A stretch of 64,000 nucleotides of DNA. Origin: Neoechinorhynchus agilis (lineage: Eukaryota > Animalia > Acanthocephala). The stretch's first letter is position 1. Each line of letters opens with the position of its first letter. Shown here piece after piece: positions 22,871 through 35,567 of the stretch. The stretch covers positions 156,389 to 220,388 of the forward strand of contig CM121343.1 of assembly GCA_051530055.1 (NCBI GenBank), written 5' to 3'. Below the pieces are notes generated by a model. That model did not search any database and was not told the DNA's origin. It saw nothing but the letters and a program-made list of their open reading frames with translations. The position numbers and the translations under genes are program-made.

Positions 22871-25620
22871 AAATCGAGGAGGGGAAAGTACGGCGCCTTG
22901 GGGGACTCCTTTAAATATGGGCAGAGAAGAGGAGCAAGAAGTTCCACATTGGATATATTGTTTGCGGTTGGAGAGGAAAGAGTAAATCCAAGCGAGTTGC
23001 CAGGTTGGGAGGCCGAAGGAAGCACATGATTGGAGGAGAAGGGAGTGATCTACCGACTCGAACGCTCTGGAAATATCCAGTTGCACGAGACGGACGGTTG
23101 ATTCTGGATTAGAATCTAAGCTGCGACCAAGGAGGGCACCAGAACAAGAGTAATTGGGACGGAAAGCGAATTGCGAAGGGGATATGTTTTTGAGGAAGAA
23201 GGCAAGTAGGCGGGTTTTAAAACATTTTTCTAAGATTTTAGAGAAAGGTGAGAGGATAGAGACGGGACGAAAGGATGTGGGGGAAATCGGCTTATCGTTT
23301 TTGGGTAGGGGGACGACACGGTCTTCCTTGAGACACAATGGGAAAGAGCTCAGTAGAAAGCTAAGGTTCGTTATGTGCGTTAGAGGATCGATAAGTTCCG
23401 GGATGATGAAACGAATTGCCCAATTTGGGATAGTCGAATTAGGGGAAGAATGGTGGGGCAGCCGTTTAAGGATCTCTAGGATTTCGAAAGGGGAAACTAA
23501 CGAAGGGCATGTATGAATGGGCGAGTCGGAAAGTGAGAAGGGAGCTTGGGACAATGGATGGGAGGTTTGGGGAGGACAGAGGTTTTTATCCATGGAGTTA
23601 AGGATTGAGAGGAGATCAGATTTGGGGAGAGATGCGAAGCGGGTGGATCTACCAAGACCAGTGACATTTTTTATTTCACGCCACCAGCTTCGATTGGGAA
23701 CGGACGAGAGACGAGATGAGAGGAATAATTTGCGATCTGTACGGATGCGTTTGGTCAGTGTGGAGTGGAGGGAGGGGTAAGCGGGATTGCCTGACCGGAA
23801 AGCTTTGGTGACCTGCATTTGAAAGGTTTTTAGAAAAGGCGAGAACCGTGGAGGGTCGCGGTTCGAGATTCGTATTGTTTTGCGAGGAATGGAGGTCTTC
23901 ATCGCAGATTCTATTAGATATAACAAAGAGCCCATTGCAATCGAGGGGTCGGTGCCAAAGATGGTAGAGCGGTTTTGCGTGATAAGAGAATTGACACATA
24001 CAGCAAAGGATTGGGTATGATGATCACGTTTATCCCAGACAACGTAGGGGTCGGAAAAGGAACGTTTTTGAGGTGATGAGGGGGAGAGAAGGATGGAGCA
24101 ATGGTCAGACGAAGAACGAGTTGGGAAAGATGAGAAAGTGAGGACGGGATCGGCAGTTTGTTAAAATCGCCCAATATGATGAAGTGATTTGAGGAAATGG
24201 AAAGTAGGTCAGTAAATAGGTGGTCTATTTGTTGAAGTGTGTTGGGGATGTTTGAGGAAGGAGGGCGATAAAGGCCAGCGGTAGAGATCTCACGTTGGCC
24301 ATTGCGGAGGGCGAGATGAAGTTGGATGTGAAGTCATTCAAGATCGTCGGAGATGAAAAGGCAGGGTGAAGAGCAATGGTAAGGGAGAGAGGCGCGGATA
24401 AAGATCGATATTCCTCCCCCGTTTCGGAAGTCCCTTGTGAGGTGAAAAGCTTGAAAGTTTGGAAGGAAGGAAGATAATTTGCTATGGGGTGAGAGTCATG
24501 TTTCCGTAATTACAAGGATGTAGGCGTTGCAAGAAGAGGCCACTATATAGAGCTCATCCAGTTTGGGGAGGAGGCTGCGGATGTTAGAATAAAAGATTAT
24601 TGGAAAGGGATGTTTAGAAGGGACATGAGGGGTGGACACTGACGGAGAGGGTTGAAGCTGCGCAGAGAGAGAAGGGATGGGAGTTGGCCGATGGGGTAGT
24701 TCGTAAGGGATTCGTGGGTGGACATTGTAGTGAGGAGTGATTTGAGTGTAGGGACCATAAGGGGGAACTGCGCATGCGGGATGAAGTCGGGGGGCAAGAG
24801 GATATTGAGAGTTGAAGAGGTGGTCGTAAGAGGTGAGGTAGTGTGAGCGTACAAGGTATTTTTCGCTTCTGAGGGGCGAAGCGAAAATTTCCAGATTTGG
24901 TAGGTTGCAGATTAGTGGTTTTAGGCAGATGAGAGATGAGTGGAGGCAGGGATGAGAGGGGTTTAGGATGAGTTAATTTACGAGGCGAGGGATGCTTAAC
25001 GTAGTCGTTGAAGGATGGTAGGGGTGTGTGCTTTTTACTAGAAAATCGAGGTACAGTAGAGAAGGTGGTATGTTTTGATGGGGCTAACGTTGAAACGTAA
25101 TCGTAGAAGGATGGAAGGGGTTTATGGTTTTTTCTAGCAGTACGGGGTGCTAGAGAGGAGGTGGAGGATTTAGATGAAGCCTAGGATGAAGGGGGGTTCG
25201 GTTTTAATCGTGTAGCAGAGTGAGACTTAGAGTGCAGGGACGAGGGAAGGGTGGTATGATAGATGATAGGAGCGGAATTAAGGAGGGGAAAAGATTGTTG
25301 AAGAGAAGTCGAATTTGAGTGTGGAGAGGAGTCTTGGAGGGCGCCGACAGCAAAGGGTGGGTGGACAGTATTTAAAGAGTGAAGCGAGGGAGAAGAGGAG
25401 GTTTGGGGTGGGGAAACTGAAGATGGAAGGGGTTTGGGTTTGGGAGTGGTTAGTGTTTGAGTACTTATTGGGAAGGGGGGGGGAACCGGAGAACACGGTT
25501 TGAGCAAGGCGGTACAGGGTATCGTTGGCCCGTGCAAAACGGCGTGGCAAATTGTGTACAATACGCAATCCAATAAATTCGGGTTGTACTTATTAGCTAC
25601 GGCGATCAATATACAGCTTC
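22870..25620 (-). mobile_element. Near-full-length degenerate CR1/L2/Jockey-like LINE (ORF1 remnant, APE endonuclease, RT to motif B)
   Basis: APE motifs NIRSLLPKLDEL, VITET*L, GLYRPP and ILGDFNK. RT motifs FRPVSILSPFSKILEK, QLDISRAFESVDH and KGVPQGAVLSP. The RT breaks off into the Penelope arm at about 22870. Confidence 0.9.
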
Positions 25621-25626
25621 AGATAT

Positions 25627-25875
25627 AGCAAATTCTAGGACGAGTTTTCACGACGTGACAATGACAAATACTATTACCGATATCCACAGGGTGAATCTTA
25701 CCAGGACCTCGTTGCACGGCTGGAACCCGTTATTTTAGCCATAGAACGAATGGAAAGTGTCCTTGTGATATGCCATCAGGCCGTAGCGAGGTGCCTGATT
25801 GGATATTTCCGAGGAATCGCGCCAGAATTAACGCCGTATATTCCCGTTCCATTACATACAGTAGTAAGAATTTCG
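25627..25875 (+). pseudogene. Inverted partial duplicate of the PFKFB bisphosphatase coding region
   Basis: Reverse complement of about 27069-27322 with only a few substitutions. Encodes [48 protein letters not shown]. Confidence 0.92.
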
Positions 25876-26835
25876 TCTAACTGTCGCTGCGCATCCGAAA
25901 GCTCGATGAGTATGTACCAGTCGAAACCCTATGGCCGATCTTCGTTCAAAATAAATAGCCGTTATTCACCAGCGCCACGTATTGCTTTATCTTATTGGAT
26001 TTCGAGTAACAGTCATCCACACTCATGCGGGTAGTTCGTTATAATAATTTCGGAAAATAATACGATCTATAAACTGCTTTCATCGGTTGTGCGTATATTT
26101 TGTAAAGTTAGATTAGCTAAGAGAAATGGAAAACGGTTATTCAAATCACACAGTCTTATTAATCGGCTTTTTCATAATTAAAAAAGATATCTGATGAATG
26201 TTTGTGAAAGAAATCCATTTTGAATTTAGCAAATAGTAAACACAAGAAAGGTTTGGCCTGGTAAATTCACTTGTGTTACCATTAATCTTGTAGTTTTAAA
26301 CACTCCAGCAACGTCTGAATATATTTGCTATTTCAAGAATGGCATTGACTTATGTGTTCTTAGAGAAAATTCATTGAAATTTATTCCATAGAAGTATTGC
26401 GCTTTTATGGAAGGTTTGAGCATCTTCAGGAATTATTGAAACTTTCTGGAATTGATATTTCTTCAGTGCGTAAAAATGCCTTCGAGGCTTCTATAGAAAG
26501 ATTGTTTGCGATCGTTTAAACAGTGGGTTCGGACACGACTTGAGCCGAAAAGATTGGAAGGTACTATAAATCGACCGTACAGTGAATTGAAGAGTATATT
26601 TATTAAAGCTTCCGATGGCATAAGAAAAACTGAAGTTACATTTCCAAACATTGTTCTCGTTTGATAAATAATTTGAACATTGTTGATGGGTACAGCTATT
26701 TATTTAGCGTTTTATATGAGTATGGCCCACATGAGTGCACCAAACTCCAGGGTAGCATGCTAGTAAAGTAAAACAGTCGAACGTGTAGTAAAGTTGGAGG
26801 ATATATATGCACTAACGTACATGGACAATACCTGA

Positions 26836-28525
26836 TTAGTTCCCATGGCGATTGGCAGATTGATGATTATGTTTGACATCTATTGATGTGTTTTCTTCAA
26901 TATCTTTGTCATAACTCTGATGTTGATTACTTCTGAAAGATTGAGAAACCGTGGACAGAGCTTCCTCAATAGTTCTACTTGCATTTAAATTTTGAGGACG
27001 AGGACGGTGAGTATCGACACAGTCAACACCAAGTGCGATTTCTTCGTAGGTGACTCCATAAGAGCCAGGAGAAATTCTCACTACTGTATGTAGCGGAACG
27101 GGAATATACGGCGTTAATTCCGGCGCGATTCCTCGGAAATATCCAATCAGGCACCTCGCTACGGCCTGATGGCATATCACAAGAACACTTTCCATTCGTT
27201 CTATGGCTAAAATAACGGGTTCCAGCCGTGCAACGAGGTCCTGGTAAGATTCACCCTGTGGATATCGGTAATAGTATTTGTCATTGTCACGTCGTAAAAA
27301 CTCGTCCGGATATTTGCTGGCTATTTCATAGTAGGTGAGCCCATCGCATAATCCGGCGGAGATTTCATCGAGAGCACCCCAGTGCTGCTTGTGTGCATCG
27401 ATTTTAGCCGCCGTTTGGATTGTTCGTCGATATGTACTCGTGAATACAACAGTATGCGACGAGGCGTGCTCGTAGAAATATTCAGATAGTCTCGATGCGA
27501 ATTGCTTTCCTCGGTTGGTTAGCTGACTATCCCCGCCGATTCGACATTGGGTATTGAAATGCGATTCGCCATGTCGCACTATATAAACTACAGGATTTGG
27601 GAGTACCTTTAAATTCATCAAGTAATAAACAACACGACTGGGGACTCGTCCTTGAAGTTTGTTAACAACAAACTTTTGACCAATATTTATAACTTTTATA
27701 AAACTTCCATCATGAGCGGGGCACAAGGGCTCATAATCGTGTTTAAAGTAGTTGATGCGAACTTGCATGTCATCAAAACTAAGGCCTTGCCCTCCTTTAG
27801 CTTGAGCGGATGTTGGATCCGTAAAAATATGTGGACTATCACAAACTATTTCAACGAAGAAAAGTTTGAAACCTTCCCGTTCAGCACACTCTTTGATTCT
27901 CTGTCGTCGTTCGCGACGACTATTTGTAGCATCTATAATCGCAACTTCACCTTCATCTTCAATAGATCCTCTTGGACAATTGCATGATGAATCGGCGTTT
28001 GTTTCCAATAAATCAGCATGGCCACTTTTGAGCCATTCGCATACATCAGAAAGTGCATGATCCAAGCATACATCGAGCATCCGTTCAATTTTGTCGCGAT
28101 GAGCAAGATCGAACACGACGTCTCCGCTGTCTGATACCAAAGTTGCTGAGCTCTCATTTTAAGTTCCCAACAACAAAATGGAAGCAAAGCAATAAAGAAA
28201 TATCACTCTCTTTCATTTGAATACACGATCCTCGCCGACTGCATTTGATATGTTCGTCCATGCCAATTTCATGCTGATCGAAATTCTCATGCGATGAATC
28301 AGAAATCGCGGTTGTCTTGCGCCGGCATGTAAATTGCCGTCGATACTCACCAACATTGAACGTTTTTGTACGGATACCTATCCAATTCAAGTAGCTACAT
28401 ACCTTGCGGGATAAGAATGTCTTCGCTGTGCCAGGCAAACCGACCATTGCAACAACCGTCCGGGTATTTACCAGTTTTTCACAACCTTTCTTTGATAACA
28501 ATGGAACCGTCGATGTAGTCAACAT
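26836..28525 (-). CDS. PFKFB: 6-phosphofructo-2-kinase/fructose-2,6-bisphosphatase; probably one short intron (candidate 28146-28206, giving 542 aa)
   Basis: [40 protein letters not shown] and CHQAV. The two ORF-track pieces are joined in frame by a GT..CAG intron. An alternative phase-1 donor exists at 28224. Confidence 0.9.
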
Positions 28526-29289
28526 CTTTAGTATTTTTTCGTTTTTGAACAAGTTTCATACACTGATGAAAAAAAATACAACCCAAATTAACAAAAATTC
28601 GTAACTCCCCACGCTTAATCGTTCAATACACGAGCTGATTTCATTGTTAAGAGTTGTTGGAAGTGAACAAGGGATTATTAAATAGAGAAATAAAACTTTG
28701 CGAAAGAATTAGTTCGCCGCTTTGAACTCTGAAACCAATATATTCCAGCGGAAAACGGTTTTTACAAACACAACTACGCAGTTCAAATTGTATATTCTTT
28801 TTTGTTAAACTTAGAAGATAAAAAATCAAGACCTTCTCCTATCGTATGACTTCCAAACTAATTTTATGGTATCTCTTTTTTTGTCGTATAAAAAAAACTT
28901 ATCATTGTTTACATTTTAAACTCACAATAAACAATCTAAGATATTGTTGTTTCTGAATCGTTTGTGTGCGGTTAAAAAGTCAACCAATCCCAAGAAGTTC
29001 AATAAAGACACTTTCTAAAACGCCAAAAAAAGGGCTAATAGCAAAAAAAGCAAAAAACAGTGCAGTAAATGAAATGCCGCCATTAAGACCTGAAATCAAT
29101 CAATTTAGGAATTTAATAAGGTCCCAAAAGGTGGTTAGCGTGATGAATTGAGTCTTGGAAAATCTATTATAAATAATCAATAGTATTTTAAGAATGTCGA
29201 TATGAAGAGGTCCCTGTTTTATATGATTAGAAATGTGTTATTTAGAAGTCTTCACCCCTACTTTAAGGAGTTTATTAAAAAAGGTTCTA

Positions 29290-29470
29290 CGAACCTAGTA
29301 AGAGAGATTCATCATTGGCCCTCCTGAAGGACTTGGGGAAACGAATCAACGCGGCGACCTGAGAGCCAAGATCGACGTCGTTCTTGGCGCAAAAAATAAG
29401 CATTGCGGTGCATCGGGGCACCACCATTTTGGCCAGCGCCGATGAATAGGAGCGGAGAGGTTGTAAACAA
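29290..29470 (+). mobile_element. CRE-clade non-LTR retrotransposon 3' remnant
   Basis: LLKDLGKRINAAT*EPRSTSFLAQKISIAVHRG matches the CRE C-terminal ...QxISxAxQRG motif. Confidence 0.6.
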
Positions 29471-30129
29471 TGCATAGATAGCATTAATTAAATCATTTAC
29501 ATAAAAAAATTAGTAATTAAAAGACGTTCAAGAACTAATGATGAATCAGTCTTACGAGATTCGTAGAACTTTTTTCTAATAAAGAAGGTTTCTTCTAAAT
29601 AACACATTTAAAGAATCTTATTCGATGGGAAAGCAGTTTAAAAAAGGAAGACTAACGCCGAACATGAGATGTGTGTTCGGAAAGTCGAAGATAATCACAT
29701 GCAAAAGCAATGAGCGCTATTGATGGTACATCCGGAATGCAGCAGGAATAAGCGTATTTGCTGCCGAGAAAGAGTGCAAATGCTCGTGCAAAAGAATACG
29801 TCTTAAATGAGATGGATGTTCCTAGTGGCTCATAAACTGCTTCGTTCATATCTTCATCCAATCCAGCGCTTTTGATGAAATCTTCAACCGTAACGATTTA
29901 CAAGTACATTTGACTAACAGAAAGTTGGTATCAAACTCATTGGCCATTAATAGAATTCAAAAATAATGAGTGTGAAACCGTCAGCAACTAATTATTTTAT
30001 TTTTGTGTTTATAAATCTACTTTGCCTTCGAAGAACCTTACAAATTACTCGGAAACTCATGAGTTGACATTGAATCAACGTTATCTGAGTTCAGAATTAC
30101 ACATAAAGCAACGTTATCATCAAACAATC

Positions 30130-30420
30130 AAAGAAGCACGTCCTCGGTAACGGGAGGTTCAGCGTTCGTGGCGAAAAAAGCAGATAAATGCGTCGTTTTG
30201 CCATTTGGGCCCGAGGCAAATGGGACGCTCGGGAAGTCCGTCCTTGAATTATGCGACAAATTGGGCCGTCGAGTGAAAGAAGCGATCGGCGACCATAGGA
30301 ACTTCCCCTAAAATAAATAAACATGGCTGCTGCCCAGCGATGGAACGCCTACAGCATTATAGGCACGATATCATTCCTAGGCCAGCTGGGGCCGTGATTG
30401 ATGTTGTTATAAATAATCAT
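30130..30420 (+). mobile_element. CRE-clade 3' remnant
   Basis: LPFGPEANGTLGKSVLELCDKLGRRVKEAIGD...AAAQRWNAYSIIGT. Confidence 0.55.
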
Positions 30421-30859
30421 AGATTTCAAATAGTATTTTAAGAATGTCGATATGTGAGAGCGAACGACCCGAGGAGAGGTTGGCAGAACGTTTGTAACAA
30501 AAAACTTATCAAGTGAAGACTTTTAAGCACTAATTCTTTAAAGAATGTTAGAAAAACCCGATCGCAATTAACCGCCACAGGACGACAACGAGTAAAACGA
30601 AGTTCTGCAGCAAATATGGATCATCATTTAAAGCTAGCTCTTTGGGTCATTGCAGTACTCGAATATAAAGCGTAATTGGGATCGTAGAGCTGCTTGTTAT
30701 GCAGCGACATATACAATAAAACAATGCTTTGTGTACAACACTTTTTTTTATTAAGAAGCAAGTTGTGTAAAGTAAACAAAAGGTGAGAGTGGATATCGAT
30801 TACTCTCCAACGTAAAAAAACACAAAAATCGCAGGGAGAAAATCATTCGGAATGATAGA

Positions 30860-31621
30860 ATTGGAGAATAATTTTACTGGAATAAAAAATATTTTATTGA
30901 TTTGAAATATTTCACGAAGAAGCCTCGCTGCGAATAAAACAATTAAACAAAGACTAATGAGGCGAGGCTTCTTCGCGAAATATTTCAAATCAATAAATTA
31001 TTTGAATTGTGTGGATTATAATTCCCCGCAATAAAAGATATTTTATTGATTCAAAATATTTCGCGAAGTAGCCTCAGTGCGAAAAAAACGCTCTGGCAAA
31101 GACTAATGAGACGAGGCTTCCTGTAAAATATTTCAAATCAATAAAATACATGAATTGTGGTCATCATAATTCCTCGGATAAAAGATATTTCATATAAATA
31201 TTTGAATTGTGGTAATCATAATCCCCGAAAAATAAGATATTTTATTGGTTTGAAATATTTGAATTGTGGTAATAATAATTTTCGGAAAAAATGTATTTCA
31301 AATCAATAAAATATTTGAATAGTGGTGATAAAAATTAACAAGGCAAACGATATTTTATTGATTCGAAATATTTCGCGAGGAAGCCTCGCCTCGTCAGTCA
31401 TTGTTTGAGCGTTTTATTCGCAGCGAGGCTTCTTCTCGAAATATTTCAGATCAATGAAATATCTTATTTTTCGGGGAACTATGATAACCATAAGTCAAAT
31501 ATTTAATTGATTTGAAATATCTTTTATCCAGTGGATAATGATCACCACAATTCCAATAATTTATTGATTTGAAATATTTCACGAAGAAGCCTCGCCTCGT
31601 CAGTCATTGTTTGAGCGTTTT
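30860..31621. repeat. Foldback-type AT-rich element made of nested palindromic modules
   Basis: Hairpin module TTATTGATTTGAAATATTTCRCGAAGAAGCCTCGC...GCGAGGCTTCTTCGCGAAATATTTCAAATCAATAA at about 30893, 31039 and 31352, plus a half copy at 31559, with ~45-bp TGAATTGTGG subrepeats. The right half is inverted relative to the left. Confidence 0.85.
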
Positions 31622-31951
31622 AGGCGAAGGAAATTAGCGGACAACAAACTACGTGCTGAATCCTAGAAATCATCGACTTTTTTTGTTGGAAATAATCGAC
31701 TGGTCCTAACACATATTTATTGGAAATATTTCGAACCGATTGCCCTCGCTTCATTATCATTTAAAGATGTGTTGTAGATGAGAATACTTGGTTCGAAACA
31801 TTTCAAATAAATCAGATAGGTTATGAGTGGTTGATTCTTTTGAACAAAAGAGTTTGTACAATGTGAAAAAGATGGCCTAGAAATTCGAAAGTGATTTGTA
31901 TGTTTGCAACGCGCCGTAGAGTACCGTGTATTTTATGGTCAACAGAATCAC

Positions 31952-32608
31952 TCAGCCATAATGAAATCCTTGGAGTGCAGCGACGCCGTATTCGAGAAAG
32001 TGTGGCGGAACGAGTAGTCTTGTTCCGCCCGGTTGCAAGGGGTATACGTCTTCGAGGTAATAATAAAGATGTCCGACCATGATACCGATGACGTCCGCAG
32101 CGATGGGGGCTTTGACAAGAAAGGAGAAACACAGCAATACCCACGGTAGATAAGGAGCGGTTAAAGTGATCATACCGAGAAGATTGACATGAACGAATGG
32201 ATTCCTGCGGCTCCATACGTAAACTAGCATCGTTGCAAGTGAGTTGCCGAGGAAGACGACATTGCTGAACATGGCAAGGATGAGCATAAGTGAACATCCA
32301 AAGAGAAACATCGTAATAAAGTCCGCTGGTCTTAGTCTGAATGAGACTTCCTCGAGTGATCGGCAATATCGATAGACAAACACGAGGTGGAGTAGGAAAT
32401 TGAGACCAAATCGCTCAAGAAACAGAAAGCATGTGAAAACCCGCCATACTTGCCAATGGCGAAAGACCAGCTCTGGGTTAAAATAAAGTTGAAGTGGACT
32501 CAATGCGTCCAGGTACACGAGCACGGACAATGCAACACACAGTGTCGTGTAGATTCTGGTCACGATCGGTATCGAAGTGTACGCCGACCAAAGCGACGGT
32601 GATGGCAT
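31952..32608 (-). CDS. DERL2: Derlin-2/3-like ERAD rhomboid pseudoprotease, 218 aa, intronless
   Basis: IPIVTRIYTT, LSPLQLYFNPELV, WQVWR, YRYCRSLEE, YVWSRRNP, APYLPWVLL and GHLYYYLEDVYP. Confidence 0.93.
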   Translation of the reverse strand: MPSPSLWSAYTSIPIVTRIYTTLCVALSVLVYLDALSPLQLYFNPELVFRHWQVWRVFTCFLFLERFGLNFLLHLVFVYRYCRSLEEVSFRLRPADFITMFLFGCSLMLILAMFSNVVFLGNSLATMLVYVWSRRNPFVHVNLLGMITLTAPYLPWVLLCFSFLVKAPIAADVIGIMVGHLYYYLEDVYPLQPGGTRLLVPPHFLEYGVAALQGFHYG

Positions 32609-32829
32609 CTATCTGGAATAATCGAAACCAAATAATACATTTCAGCAATGTTCGACAAACTAAACCACTATCGCTTGGCATTAATCTCAACTTGTCATTT
32701 ACTGAGACTTCGGATCCATGCCTTTCTTTCGTAGTACCAAGCACAATGACCACCCAAAAAAACGCGAACTGCGCTGACGTAATTCCAGTGACGTCACCTC
32801 TTTATTCATATTATTAATTTTTTTTTAGT

Positions 32830-33160
32830 AATAAGCATTTATTTTTTTTAAAAAGTTAACTTATATTATTCTGAATTGTCCTTCACCGTCCCCACGACAC
32901 TCGCTGCGCTTCCTCGCTGGATAGCCAAGGATATGTTCTGTACTAGGAACGAGCGAGCCCTCCTGTCATTGGTCGAGTTGATCAGTCGATGCCCCAGTTC
33001 GAGAACAAAACTCCTCGCCGCACGTCCGAAAGCTCCTAAGGTTTCCACTGCGAAGGGGACAAAATGATAAGAATTTGTAAAATCGGCGTATTTTGCAACC
33101 TTACGAAGCTTGTTCTTGTGCAACTTTATAAATCGTTGCCATGGTAACCTTGGTTCAATT
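32830..33160 (-). mobile_element. CRE-clade 3' end (restriction-like endonuclease tail)
   Basis: YHFVPFAVETLGAFG...FLVQNISLAIQRGSAASVVGT, followed by an A-rich tail. Confidence 0.85.
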
Positions 33161-34699
33161 TTTTAACGGGTTTCCGATTTTTTAGTTTTTATTTGTTGTC
33201 TTCAAATGTTATGTTTGTTCGGCAGCTTCCTTGATGACCGCGGCATCATGAAATCATTCACACCACCCCTCTGGAACACACTCAGCTGCCGTTATGGTGT
33301 TCAGGTACACGGCTCATTCAAACTTCAATTAATAATTTAAGCGCATATTGTAGATGTCTGAAGAGGACCCCATGCGGTCGAGGAAATTTACAATAAATCA
33401 ATATTGCGGGGAGGTTAATGTTGCGCTAGAACAATTAATAATTTCATCCCCCCCTCCGAGTACAATCCAAAAAAATATTTATCCGCGGATTTCGCCCAAA
33501 TTTAACGTTTTGCGTGCATTTGTTTCTGTTGTATTCTGCGGCGAGCACTCAGGGCGGTGGCGGCGACAATTATCCATCTCAATGTTGTTTGAACGCTGGT
33601 ATATATTGACATTTAGAGAGTTTCGGCGTTCGATTCTCTCAACTACAATATCATAACTCGTCCGAAAGGACAAGGAAAAGTGATGGAAACAGCAACGTGA
33701 ATGCTCTCAGTAACCAGTTTCTACGCAGTGGTGGCTTGGTGATCGGATGTAACGGAAGAGTGCTCAAATCGGCTGCAGACCTCTCTTCCTGGTGCCCTAC
33801 ATCGTTTTATCCGGTAAAAAGTCTTTATTCTGTATATCCCGTTAGTCGGATCAATGTTTCTCTTCTCCATGAGAGTGTTTCCAAGAATTATTTCTTTGGG
33901 TTAGTTTCATCGTAGTCTGTAGGCAAATTTGTGTTGTATGGTCGGTAATTGAATCTTTTGATTCCACAGTATATTATCCAGCGAGAATATCCCTTTACTT
34001 TCGATTCCGCGGCGATCCGATTTCCTTTTATTACGCAACACAAATCGAATTGATAAAATCAGAAAAGCTACTTGACTTTTAAAATGAGACATTTTTCCTT
34101 AAATATTCCGGGGCACCACCTTCATCCAACAAAGGTTGTTGAGGGTTAGGAGGTCCCAATGTAACAACATGATGTGAAAATCCATTTACGAGGCCCAGTC
34201 TAACGCGTGGGCCGACTGGAATGAGAGTTTTGCTTAGCTATTCAAGAGTGTGCAGCAGAATTTCTGGCGCAGGTCGGGCTTTCGCCTGGGGGCGCCAGAA
34301 ACATCAAACGTGCGACAGAGTTCGCATTCTCCACAGATAGAGAATTAGTTGCTTATATTTGAGGCAAGAATGTTTTCCAATTGTGGTTTTCTTTTTCAAA
34401 ACTGGTTCTTAGATCACCCAGAATGAATAATTTATCTCTCACTTGAGTCCAGAGATGGAGCATAAACACTTATTTTAGTCATTTGGTTATCAAATTCCAC
34501 TTGGATTGTGACAGCTATCAATTCATCGTTGATACACGAGTCAAGGTGAGTGACCGTTCAACGGCGTAGTCACCTATCGCAGCAGTTTTAGACAAATCGT
34601 ATGTTTAGGCGTCCTTTTCTCCACCTTTCCCTATTTGTGGTCAGCAATACTCTTCCTCGATAAGGCTGCTCAATGATGAACGAAGCTGCCCAAGTCACT

Positions 34700-34930
34700 T
34701 GTTGTACCGGTCAGTATGAACTGATCGAGAATCTATAGCTCACCGCTGGTGTTGAAACGCGTAATACTTACACCTTCCAAGACGGAGGTTTTACTAAGAA
34801 AACTTTGAACATTAAATTTTAGCCAACAGTTTAACTTCGATCGCAGCAGCTTCCTGCTGCAGCGAATCAGCGCGGCGATCCAACGCGGCAATGCCGCGGC
34901 CATCAAGAAAGCTGCCGAACAATCATAACG
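34700..34930 (+). mobile_element. CRE-clade 3' remnant
   Basis: SFLLQRISAAIQRGNAAAIKKAAEQS* at about 34845-34930. Confidence 0.6.
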
Positions 34931-35481
34931 TATGGGTAATGCGGATTATCTCCTTCGAATGAAGTGTTATAACGGAGGTTTAAAAAATGAAAAACCACTT
35001 TAGAGTTAGCGCTTTGAAGGTTATGCAGAATCCAGCCTTATAGACACTTTGATGTTAATTAGCAGTAAAATAGCATTTTAATTTTTATTAGTTTCAAAAT
35101 AAAAATTGAAACTTCTTTATAATTCCTTAGCAACTGAGCCTTTCAATTGATGGATGGCTGTATCTTCTATGTTATTCCTCTAACAATGAAGTTCCCTTGT
35201 TTTTTGAACGAGTTCGAACGGGACTCGTCCACCCGAAGGATTTTCGGCACAGGAGTTCACTCTACCACCTTTCCAGGCGTTAAGCCAGGACTATGTTGGA
35301 TTTATATAACGCTAGATAGGGGCTTCACTGTGCTTCAACTGCCAAAGAATTTTATTGCTTTGCACCTTCTTCGCGCGGGGAAAGATCCGTTTATTCGGCT
35401 CAGAAATGCGTCCCCGAATTTCATTGAGCGCCATAGAAATAAGACAGTTGTTTTGGTACGTTTCCTTTAGTCCGGGATTGC

Positions 35482-35553
35482 GGCTCAGTGGTCTAGTGGT
35501 ATGATTCTCGCTTTGGGTGCGAGAGGTCCCGGGTTCAATTCCCGGCTGAGCCC
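35482..35553 (+). tRNA. trnP-UGG: tRNA-Pro(UGG)
   Basis: Acceptor stem GGCTCAG/CTGAGCC, A-box TGGTCTAGTGG, anticodon arm CTCGC-TTTGGGT-GCGAG, B-box GGTTCAATTCC. Confidence 0.97.
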
Positions 35554-35567
35554 AGCAACAGCGCTTG

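Noticed and set aside
29652-29861. 69-aa minus-strand ORF between CRE remnants
   Set aside because: An in-frame stop lies just upstream, no convincing splice partners were found, and no family was recognised.
31821-32817. ORFs overlapping Derlin in other frames or strands
   Set aside because: Shadows of a well-supported gene.
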